Virus record (IMG/VR): IMGVR_UViG_3300012347_000246
Length of the DNA stretch: 60,525 bases
Strand: one strand, 5' to 3'
From: an uncultured virus (IMG/VR IMGVR_UViG_3300012347_000246)
Lineage: Duplodnaviria; Heunggongvirae; Uroviricota; Caudoviricetes
Positions 19,570 through 27,641 of the stretch are shown piece after piece. Within the stretch, counting starts at the first letter, position 1. Each line of letters begins with the position of its first letter. Position numbers and translations under genes: made by a program. Under the pieces are notes generated by a model. It did no database searches. It was not told where the DNA came from and saw nothing but the letters and a program-made list of their open reading frames with translations.

Positions 19570-19980
19570 AACACGCTTAAGCGAAACTAGTTTCATCCAG
19601 ATTCCTTAGTCACACTTTGCCCGCACAGGGCAAAAATGATTTCATCCGAGTTCGGAATAGTCATTAGCGTTAAAGCTATAAAGTATTTCTACTTAACACA
19701 GGCGGTTGTCCGGTACCTGTTCACTTTGTTCTTATATCCAACGGCAGCTTAAAGTATATACGCTAACATATACGTTAAACCTGCTACATCGCTGTAGCGT
19801 CTTTTTAGCCTTTTTAACTCTATTCAAATAGCAAAACCGCGGCATTTAGAAGCGATCGTCGTCCTGTTAAGGATAGTTGCTAAGTGCTCTTGTACGGCGA
19901 AGAGTCTTCCATCCCTGCGACCCGAGGTCCAGTTATGCGGGCATCCGTTTTTTGACCGATGCTAGTCGTATACCGTATGA
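19570..19980 (-). ncRNA. Candidate large structured non-coding RNA (~410 nt), family unassigned
   Basis: No ORF in the track. About ten stems can be read, two with GNRA loops on the - strand (GCTACA-GCGA-TGTAGC; AAGTA-GAAA-TACTT), plus a three-way junction and two possible pseudoknots. Begins directly after the GIY-YIG stop codon. Confidence 0.65.
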
Positions 19981-20409
19981 TTAAATTTTGTTTATTATGT
20001 GGGAGCCATGGACACGGACTGATATTTGTCCGTTGTAATAATCTTTAGATTCAAGCACTTTGTGAGCAAATTGTTCTCTTGCCTCGATGTAGCTGCATTC
20101 TGCTTTACTTTTACAATAGAATAGGATTTCTCTTGTAAATTTGTCAGCACCTAATGCTTCAACATCTTTCTTTAGTTCATCGTTTGAGCCATAATATGTG
20201 CGCCAATCAGAATCCACTTTGCTGCGGATTTTCTTTTTCTTCTTGGTGCCGTTCTTGAGTTTTACTGTTTTAAGTGTTGTCTTAGAAAATTTTGCTAGTT
20301 TTTTGCCTATGTATTTGCGCCCTGATACTAGGTTGGTGATTAGATAAACGAACCCTATGCAATCTTCTGGTAGATTTTCGACCTGTGAGCTTTCAAATAA
20401 CCATGTCAT
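19981..20409 (-). CDS. Stand-alone GIY-YIG nuclease-family protein
   Basis: GFVYLITNLVSGRKYIGKK, later IEAREQF (Glu) and YYN (Asn); Lys-rich insert; 142 aa. Confidence 0.85.
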   Translation of the reverse strand: MTWLFESSQVENLPEDCIGFVYLITNLVSGRKYIGKKLAKFSKTTLKTVKLKNGTKKKKKIRSKVDSDWRTYYGSNDELKKDVEALGADKFTREILFYCKSKAECSYIEAREQFAHKVLESKDYYNGQISVRVHGSHIINKI

Positions 20410-20442
20410 GCGGAGTTTTATAAATTATCTATGTACCAGTAG

Positions 20443-21711
20443 TTATGCCTTTGTAATAGTTTCAAAATATTTTGCTATATCGTCTTGATCTAGCCAGTGC
20501 CATAATGAGAGTTTTTCGTATAGTTCGTTTGTATAGTGTTCGTTAGAGGGTTCTTGTAGTGCCTTGATGATTGCCTTGATTTCGCTGTCTATGTGTTCTT
20601 TAAATCTGTTTGGATCCCGCGGATTGCTGGGGCCCGGAAAGGGTTCTGAAAATTGCCAATGTTTATATTGAATTAATAATCTGTGCTTAATATCTTCGGG
20701 TAAATTTTGGATCTGCATAAACGCAGGACGCACTAAAATATTAGTCATAACGTCCACTTTACGATCCACACACCAACGATATAAATCGTCTAAGGTATGT
20801 ACACTTAAAGCACTAGGCACAGGACGTACTGTAACATAAACGTGTGCCTCTTTGCGATGTTTTAGGTAAGTTTCAATGTTATTTAGGACAGTTTCGTAGT
20901 CGGAGCCGCGCCTAATATAGTCATTTAGTGGGCCCATGCACTCTACACTAACACCTATATCAACGTGTCTGAATGCATTTAATTTCTCAATTAACGGCAC
21001 ATTCACTACAGTGCCGTTAGTAGTAAATCCTAAGTAGATGTCTGTTTTTCCGGCTAATAAAAGTCGGTCTATTAGTTCTTCGAACTTGGGATTTAGTAAT
21101 GGCTCGCCGCCGATTAAATGTACAAATTCTAGGTTTGGCGTGCTGCAAACGTAGTTTACAACGTTTTCCCATGCAGTATTATCATCAGTCCAGTTCATTC
21201 TAGCAGAGCCGCTAAACAGTCCTTGCTTGATTTGTTCTACAGCAATTTTGCTACTGGCCATTGGTGTACACATTCTGCAAGCTAGATTACATTCATTGCC
21301 CAAGCTGATGTGAAAGCTGTTAGGGCGCATTGTGCTATGCCCTAGATTGTCTTCTGAGTACTTAAAAGCAGCGTAATCCGGGCTACGTGCAAAGGATTCT
21401 TCGAACTTAATAGGATGTATGCGGCTCTTCAAATTCTCTTTTAAACGCTTGCTGCTAGACCCTAGCTCTTCTTCTTTGTAGCACATGGCGCATAGCGGCT
21501 CGCTGTTACCTGCGAGTTTGTTTAATCTAGCATTACGTTGATGCTCACTGTTGACCCAATCCTCAATGCTCATCGTGTGAACATTGTACTTGGCTGCTTC
21601 TGGGGTGCGAGTAATAGTGTTTGGCTGTGCCCCGCAAGAATGGTAGGATCCATCTGCATTAATATGCACTTCGGTCCACGGTATATTACAAAATACTTTA
21701 CTTACAGTCAC
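20443..21711 (-). CDS. Radical SAM protein with N-terminal SPASM/twitch-like domain
   Basis: CNLACRMC (CX3CX2C), GGEP and TTNGT; N-terminal CNIPW..ADGSYHSC..CAMCY. Confidence 0.9.
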   Translation of the reverse strand: MTVSKVFCNIPWTEVHINADGSYHSCGAQPNTITRTPEAAKYNVHTMSIEDWVNSEHQRNARLNKLAGNSEPLCAMCYKEEELGSSSKRLKENLKSRIHPIKFEESFARSPDYAAFKYSEDNLGHSTMRPNSFHISLGNECNLACRMCTPMASSKIAVEQIKQGLFSGSARMNWTDDNTAWENVVNYVCSTPNLEFVHLIGGEPLLNPKFEELIDRLLLAGKTDIYLGFTTNGTVVNVPLIEKLNAFRHVDIGVSVECMGPLNDYIRRGSDYETVLNNIETYLKHRKEAHVYVTVRPVPSALSVHTLDDLYRWCVDRKVDVMTNILVRPAFMQIQNLPEDIKHRLLIQYKHWQFSEPFPGPSNPRDPNRFKEHIDSEIKAIIKALQEPSNEHYTNELYEKLSLWHWLDQDDIAKYFETITKA

Positions 21712-22669
21712 GGCACTTTACCTTACATATTTCTAAGGGCATTGTTTCAATGCGAGTTATAAATTCGTCCCAAAGAGGATCAGTTAACACTTCGGCAATG
21801 GATCTAGTTTTAACGCTTAATCTATCTTTATACTTGTCGATAAAATCATTGTAGTAGTAGCCGCTGTTAAACCAAGGACATGGTTGTACAATGCCATCTA
21901 CATTGATAAACAACTCTTTTTTCCACTGCAAACATTTGGCCCACTTATGCCCGTCAAATTTTATTGCTGGGATCCGTATTTCTAAACCTCGGCTTAATGT
22001 GGATGTATGCTTTTCGTACTGACTTGTGGCGCTAACATATTCGTCAGACGGCTTTAGCAAATCAGCTGCATCAACAGCATACACACCGTCAAACTTTGAG
22101 CTTTTAACTGTTTGGAACGTATCAGCACCAAGGGCTTTGGCTACGTCTCTTATTTCACGAATCTTGTTTTCGTTAAAGTTAAAGTAGATGGTACTCCAGT
22201 TAATCCTAACTGGGCCTGCTGCACGTAATGCACGTAGGCCTTCAGTAATGCTGTTCCAATCGCTGTTTACTCTGTACTTCTCGTTGCTGGCCTGGTCCCA
22301 CCCGTCGATACTAAACGTAACTTTGTCATCGGAGTTTAGCATACCGCCGAGTTCAGTCCACCACTCGGGCTTTTTATAGCTGCCATTGGTAACGATCTCA
22401 ACTGTGGTTTGAGTGTTGGATTTAATGTATTTGATGATTTGCAAAAACTGTGTAGCGTATATAGGATCGCCTATGTCTCCGCAGAACAGGATTCTCTTAA
22501 CATTGTTTTTTAACAAGCTAATAGGAAATGCTGTTTGAAACTGAACTAAACTAAATTCCCTATTAAGGCTATCTTGGTCTAGCTCAGTGCGAGGACAGCG
22601 AGGGCACTTTAAAGTACACTTGCTGCTCAGTTCAATATGCAGTTCTTCGAGGTTAAACAATCTCGACAT
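21698..22669 (-). CDS. Radical SAM protein with C-terminal twitch-like domain
   Basis: CTLKCPRC, CGDIGDP, TNGS and FSIDG; C-terminal C..INVDGIVQPC..CKVKC. Start 22669 or 22693. Confidence 0.9.
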   Translation of the reverse strand: MSRLFNLEELHIELSSKCTLKCPRCPRTELDQDSLNREFSLVQFQTAFPISLLKNNVKRILFCGDIGDPIYATQFLQIIKYIKSNTQTTVEIVTNGSYKKPEWWTELGGMLNSDDKVTFSIDGWDQASNEKYRVNSDWNSITEGLRALRAAGPVRINWSTIYFNFNENKIREIRDVAKALGADTFQTVKSSKFDGVYAVDAADLLKPSDEYVSATSQYEKHTSTLSRGLEIRIPAIKFDGHKWAKCLQWKKELFINVDGIVQPCPWFNSGYYYNDFIDKYKDRLSVKTRSIAEVLTDPLWDEFITRIETMPLEICKVKCRDCK

Positions 22670-24422
22670 CGGTGTTATAGCTTGTGAATCCATTTTCCTT
22701 AACCACGTGCAACGTATTGTTTACACGCCCTGCTAGTTCGTCTTTGTGCGACACTAGCCAAATACTGCGATTGTTTTCTCTGCTCATCTTTTTAAGAATA
22801 GCAAGACTGTTTTCAACGCCCGAGCTATCCATGCCCGAGTCAACTAGCTCGTCAATGAACAGCAAGTTAATGGGTTGATACAAACTTTCCCACACATCAC
22901 GGAACGCCCAGCTCAGTGACAGAATCAATCTGTTACGTTCTCCGCGACTCAAGTTATCAAAGTCCAAGTCGCGACCCAATTCTGTAATTGCAACAGTTAA
23001 GTCATTGTTGAATTTAACAGTATGAGGAAGTCCGATGCGATCTAAGTATTGACCAAGTCGTGCGTTTAGATAGCTTAAGTTTTGATCAATGATACGTTTA
23101 CGGATAAAGCTGTCTTTGTTTGTTAGCAGCTTAAGCAAGAACTCCTGGTGGTCCTTGAGCAACGTGTAATCATTGATTTTATCAAAGCTAATTTCTTCAA
23201 CACCTTGCGTTTGCATTTCGGTAATTTGATCTGCATACGGATCTGTTTCTGCTTGCTTGTTGGTTAGCTGTTGCAGGATACTTGCCATGCTTGAACGGTG
23301 CTCGAATGCATCGCTTTCTTGATCGTAATATACTTGTGGTTGCGGACCAATTTCGCCTAGTGCAGCTAGAGACTCAGTGTGTTCGGTCCACTGTGTGTTT
23401 GTTGCTAGAGCTTGTAATGCAGCTTCTTGCAACGCCTTCTTCTTTTCTTCTAGTAACGCTTCTTGCTTTTCATCATGGAACGCTTGCCCGCAGCTATGGC
23501 ATGTGTGATTTTCTAAGCTAGCAATCTCTGTTTTAAGAGTTTCGATTAGCTTTTGCTCACGCTTTTCATCAAGTTCGCATTGTCGGATCCAACGATTAAG
23601 TTCGTTGGTGTGCTTGATTTTTGCGTTGTACTCGGATAACGCTTTATGCGCCAACAGTTCGGCTTCAATATCAAGTTTATCTAGCTCGTCGTAGGCACCC
23701 AGTAGCTTGTCCAAATCTTCATCGTGCTTTGTCTTCCACATAGATTGTCTACGTTTCAAGTTTTCGATTTGCTCTTGGATACGCTTGTTTGCATCTCCTA
23801 CAGCTTTAATGCGGAACTCTTCTTGTGTGATTAAATCTTTTGTGGACTTAGCTTGTTCCTTGAGTGCATCGGCTTTCTCACTTAGCATAGTGATACCAAG
23901 TAGCTGCTCAATGATAGTGCGTTGATCGTTGGCTTTTAAACTTAAGAACGGCTCAGTGTAAGTGTTAAGAGCCACGACGTGCTTAAACATATCGTGGCTC
24001 ATTCCCAACATACGTTCGATCTCTGCTTGAGTTTCTCGACTATCGCCTTGCGCCTCGTCTGTGATTTCACGTTCAATGCCGCCAACCAAGAACTTCATTA
24101 GGTTGGGCTTACGTCCACGCTCAATGCGATAGTCTACCCCGTCTTTGTTAAAGTCGATGGTAACCATCATGTTCTTACCGTTTGTTTTATTAATCAGGTT
24201 ATCCTTCTTAATCTTAGTAAGAGCTTCTCCATAAAGAGCATAGCTAAGTGCATTAATAATTGTAGTCTTGCCTGTGCCGTTACGGGCGCCGCTGTCATCC
24301 CCGCCTAAGTCTAAGTTTTCACCTAGTACCAACGTAAGGTCTTTGCGGTCAAAGTTGACAGCCTGCGTAGCATTACCCACGCTCATAAAGTTTTTAACAG
24401 TAATATCTCGAATTTTAAACAT
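22653..24422 (-). CDS. gp46: Recombination endonuclease ATPase subunit (Rad50/SbcC-like)
   Basis: Walker A GARNGTGKT, zinc hook CHSC, signature LSRGE, Walker B LLFIDE, and SH motif. Confidence 0.95.
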   Translation of the reverse strand: MFKIRDITVKNFMSVGNATQAVNFDRKDLTLVLGENLDLGGDDSGARNGTGKTTIINALSYALYGEALTKIKKDNLINKTNGKNMMVTIDFNKDGVDYRIERGRKPNLMKFLVGGIEREITDEAQGDSRETQAEIERMLGMSHDMFKHVVALNTYTEPFLSLKANDQRTIIEQLLGITMLSEKADALKEQAKSTKDLITQEEFRIKAVGDANKRIQEQIENLKRRQSMWKTKHDEDLDKLLGAYDELDKLDIEAELLAHKALSEYNAKIKHTNELNRWIRQCELDEKREQKLIETLKTEIASLENHTCHSCGQAFHDEKQEALLEEKKKALQEAALQALATNTQWTEHTESLAALGEIGPQPQVYYDQESDAFEHRSSMASILQQLTNKQAETDPYADQITEMQTQGVEEISFDKINDYTLLKDHQEFLLKLLTNKDSFIRKRIIDQNLSYLNARLGQYLDRIGLPHTVKFNNDLTVAITELGRDLDFDNLSRGERNRLILSLSWAFRDVWESLYQPINLLFIDELVDSGMDSSGVENSLAILKKMSRENNRSIWLVSHKDELAGRVNNTLHVVKENGFTSYNTDVEIV

Positions 24423-25438
24423 TAAAGGTTTCTATAGATGTCTAGTAAAAGGTTCTTATTGAACTTGTCGCTTTCAATACTAGTAAGTTGACCTGCGACA
24501 ATCTGGTCAACACTTTCAAAGGATATATTTCCTTGTATTTCGTACTCTGTAAGCTCAGTGGTCTTAGCAGGAATAAGAGTAATTTCACGCAGCTTGTACG
24601 TGTCAATGAACGTTTCTTTAATGAACGTGGCTTCTTCGTAGCTGATATCAATGTCTAAGTTAACACGAACGTGCATTCCGGGCTGTAACATTGCTTCAGT
24701 GTGCGAAATAACATCGCTAAGTTGGAATACACGATATCGCGGCTGATCGGGCCAAGCATGGAACTCTGGCTCTTTGTCCCACTCTAAGATCATCATGCCA
24801 CGATCGTCGTCGCCCGCATCTGCATAGTTGTGGGGAAAGCAATTGCCAATGTAGGTTACGTTGCCCTTAGTTTGTCTCTTGTGGAAGTGTCCACTAAACA
24901 CATGCCCGAACCCTTTAAGGCTGTTAACATCCATCTCGCCATGATCTGGCATAGCGACCATAGCATTCATTAAGTAACCCGGGAGTTCGAAGTGACCGAA
25001 TAAGTAACGGCCTTTTAGTTTAGCAAGGCGTTTATGATCATCCGCAACAAGCCATGGTGCAATAACCACGTTGCCGCTATCAAACCAATCGTTGCAGATA
25101 ACAACATTTGGTAGATGTTTCGCCCATTCAACGCTTTGAACATCACGCTTATCGCGATAATAAAGATCGTGATTACCAGGGATAAAATATACTCGTTCAA
25201 AATTTGCATTTAAATGTTCCAAGGCACGTAGGCTGTAGCCCAGTGTTAGAATATTTATGGACGCTCTATTGTTATGCCAGTCGCCAAGAAAGAGTGCCGT
25301 TTCGCACCCTTCCTCTTTTGCTTTGGCTGTTGCCCACTTAACAAAGTTAAGGCAATCGTCGTTATGTAGTGTACTGTTGGATTTAAGACCGAAGTGGATA
25401 TCAGTAAAGACTGCGGCCTTTTTAAATAAATTACTCAT
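24422..25438 (-). CDS. gp47: Recombination endonuclease nuclease subunit (Mre11/SbcD-like)
   Basis: DIHFG, LGDW, GNHD and SGHFH metallophosphoesterase motifs; upstream of gp46. Confidence 0.95.
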   Translation of the reverse strand: MSNLFKKAAVFTDIHFGLKSNSTLHNDDCLNFVKWATAKAKEEGCETALFLGDWHNNRASINILTLGYSLRALEHLNANFERVYFIPGNHDLYYRDKRDVQSVEWAKHLPNVVICNDWFDSGNVVIAPWLVADDHKRLAKLKGRYLFGHFELPGYLMNAMVAMPDHGEMDVNSLKGFGHVFSGHFHKRQTKGNVTYIGNCFPHNYADAGDDDRGMMILEWDKEPEFHAWPDQPRYRVFQLSDVISHTEAMLQPGMHVRVNLDIDISYEEATFIKETFIDTYKLREITLIPAKTTELTEYEIQGNISFESVDQIVAGQLTSIESDKFNKNLLLDIYRNL

Positions 25439-25444
25439 TGATTC

Positions 25445-25474
25445 AGTATAGCAAAAACATTACAGCGAGATCAA
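25445..25474 (-). promoter_or_regulatory. Extended -10 sigma70-type promoter for gp47/gp46
   Basis: TTGATC-N18-TATACT with TG at the extended position; ATG is 6 nt downstream. Confidence 0.55.
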
Positions 25475-25481
25475 ATGCAAT

Positions 25482-26396
25482 TTACTCATCTCCGTCGTAG
25501 CCACCGCCACCGCCACTAAAGCCCATGCCTTGGCGTGTGTAACTTGGGTTCAAGTTGTTCATTTCAAGGATATCGTCTCGGAGGTTCTGGTTGCGTTTTT
25601 CAATATTAAGTACCCGTGTAAAACTGTTCGTAATTGCCGCAGTGTAGTACGCAAAAGGGTTTTGGCTTTTGGATTCGTCAAACTGCAATCCAATCTGACT
25701 AAGCTGTAGTAGAGCTTGTGAACGCATTTCGTCATTGTATGTGTATCCTCTCCAGTTTGAGCGTGTGGCATAACGCTCGCACAGTTTCATAAACATGTGT
25801 GCTAGCTTGCGGGTCATTGCACCATGATCCTTGCTGTATTCACCAGTTTCTAAATCGCCCTTCCAGTGGCTTTTACCGATACAAATACATTGATAGTCTG
25901 GGAGTGATGAAAGCGTTTGAGCAGTTGCTTCGGTCCCGTTCAGTGGCTCAATTCTAAAATGCTGAAACGGTGGGAAATTACACTTGGTGTATTTGGTAGT
26001 TTTTGCTTCTTCGGGCTCGTCATATTCGCTTACGATATCATCTTCGTCGACGTATGCTGCTACCTTTTTGCCTTTTTTACTATCGTCTAGCGGTACATGG
26101 TCCCATGTCATGACCCTAAAAATAACATCAGTTTCGGCAATGTTCTTGATGTCAATTTCGAATTCGTCTAGTTTGCGTTTTGTGCCATCTGCTGTAGCTG
26201 CTTCGTGTGCTAGCTTTGCTAGTCTTTCTGCACGATTTTTACGGCCTTGCAGTAGGTTTGTTTTATTAATCTTCTTCAGATCTGGAACAATAATGTCGTA
26301 GTCACCGTAATCTGGGTTAGTGTAGCTACAGTATGTATTTTTGCTCTTGTGGATCTCCTTTAAGATATCCTTGTTGTTGAGATAATTGTGTTTCAC
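25482..26396 (-). CDS. gp55: Late-transcription sigma factor, gp55-like
   Basis: YLNNKDILKEI, RSNWRGYTYNDEM and FDESKSQNPFAYYT motifs. GTG start with AAGGA RBS and TGcTATTAT upstream. Confidence 0.9.
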   Translation of the reverse strand: MKHNYLNNKDILKEIHKSKNTYCSYTNPDYGDYDIIVPDLKKINKTNLLQGRKNRAERLAKLAHEAATADGTKRKLDEFEIDIKNIAETDVIFRVMTWDHVPLDDSKKGKKVAAYVDEDDIVSEYDEPEEAKTTKYTKCNFPPFQHFRIEPLNGTEATAQTLSSLPDYQCICIGKSHWKGDLETGEYSKDHGAMTRKLAHMFMKLCERYATRSNWRGYTYNDEMRSQALLQLSQIGLQFDESKSQNPFAYYTAAITNSFTRVLNIEKRNQNLRDDILEMNNLNPSYTRQGMGFSGGGGGYDGDE

Positions 26397-26462
26397 TTAA
26401 CACTTTCCTTATAATAATAGCACATTTTATAACAAATAAATACTAAAAGCAAGAGGTTAACT

Positions 26463-27341
26463 ATGGCAGATTTTTCTTTTTCATCCATAACAGATTCTTT
26501 GAAATCAACAGGGGAAAGCATCGGAAATGCTATAGAATCTGCTGGCAAAGATAACAAGTTCGTAAATTCGGCACTAAACATCATTGATCCTGGTAAAGCT
26601 AGACTAGCAGTTGCAGGTCTTCTCAAAGGTGGCGTAAAAACTGAACAACGAAATACCACAGCTCCTAATATTCAGTTTGCAGCAGGCAACGCTGATTGGA
26701 GAATTAAAATTAGTCTAGCGAAATCAGCTGACTATTTTTATCAAGGTAACAATCCTGGCATCATGGCACCACTTATACAGTCCGGCGGTGTCATTTTCCC
26801 TTACACTCCACAAATTTCTGTAACTCATGCAGCACGTTACGGATCGCAAAACCTTACACATAGTAATTATACAAATTACTTCTACGAAGGATCAGAAGTA
26901 CAGGCTATCACTATCAGCGGCGACTTTACGGTACAAGACCCACAAGAAGGCGCATACTTGCTAGCATCAATTTACTTCTTTAGAGCAGCAACTAAGATGT
27001 TCTTTGGACAAGGCAGTAAAGTGGGCAACCCTCCGCCAATGGTGTACTTAAATGGTTACGGTAGCCATTACTTTCCAAACGTTCCTTGTGTGGTTACAAA
27101 CTTCCAACATTCGTTACCACAAGACGTTGACTACTTAGAAGTGCCAACCAGTGGTGGGCAAACTGTTGCAGAAAACGATGGTAGACGCAGCAGCAACACG
27201 CCAACGACCCGTGTTCCTACTAACAGTACCATTAGCATAACTTTGCAACCAATTTACACACGCAAGAACTTGTACGACAACTTCAACCTTGAAGACTTTG
27301 CTGCTGGCAAGTTAATTAACGGCAAAGGTGGATACATTTAA
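26463..27341 (+). CDS. Baseplate/tail-tube initiator (gp48/gp54-like)
   Basis: IFPYTPQI, ISGDFTVQ and PPMVYLNGYG..NVPCVVTNF tube-fold motifs; first gene of the baseplate cluster, after TAAATA. Confidence 0.65.
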   Translation: MADFSFSSITDSLKSTGESIGNAIESAGKDNKFVNSALNIIDPGKARLAVAGLLKGGVKTEQRNTTAPNIQFAAGNADWRIKISLAKSADYFYQGNNPGIMAPLIQSGGVIFPYTPQISVTHAARYGSQNLTHSNYTNYFYEGSEVQAITISGDFTVQDPQEGAYLLASIYFFRAATKMFFGQGSKVGNPPPMVYLNGYGSHYFPNVPCVVTNFQHSLPQDVDYLEVPTSGGQTVAENDGRRSSNTPTTRVPTNSTISITLQPIYTRKNLYDNFNLEDFAAGKLINGKGGYI

Positions 27342-27640
27342 TGGTTACATATAACAAATCAAGCCCGTATGCATCAACTGCTAACTTTGGGCAGTTTTTG
27401 GATGTGCTAAACTTCAGAACTATTACTAAAAAAGCAGACGATGTAACTTATACAATTGATAAAGTATACAAACATCGTCCCGACATGTTGGCGTTTGACT
27501 TATACGGTGACGCCGGTTTATGGTGGGTGTTTATTGCCCGCAACCCCAACGTTATCAAGGACCCTGTATTTGGGTTCAAACCCGGGGTAACAATTTATAT
27601 TCCTACAAAGGAAACCCTTGTTGCTGATTTAGGACTATAA
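27341..27640 (+). CDS. gp53: Baseplate wedge protein, gp53-like
   Basis: RPDMLAFDLYGDAGLWWVF..RN motif. Confidence 0.8.
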   Translation: MVTYNKSSPYASTANFGQFLDVLNFRTITKKADDVTYTIDKVYKHRPDMLAFDLYGDAGLWWVFIARNPNVIKDPVFGFKPGVTIYIPTKETLVADLGL

Positions 27641-27641
27641 T

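Noticed and set aside
19570..19980. Group I/II intron, RNase P, tmRNA or hammerhead identity for the structured region
   Set aside because: No interrupted gene on either side. I could not find P7 R/S elements, group II domain V, GAGGAAAGUCC, tRNA-like ends or an intact CUGAUGA/GAAA core. A covariance search is still needed.
19981..20409. Ordinary mobile homing endonuclease
   Set aside because: Not excluded but disfavoured: there is no C-terminal DNA-binding module and no host intron.
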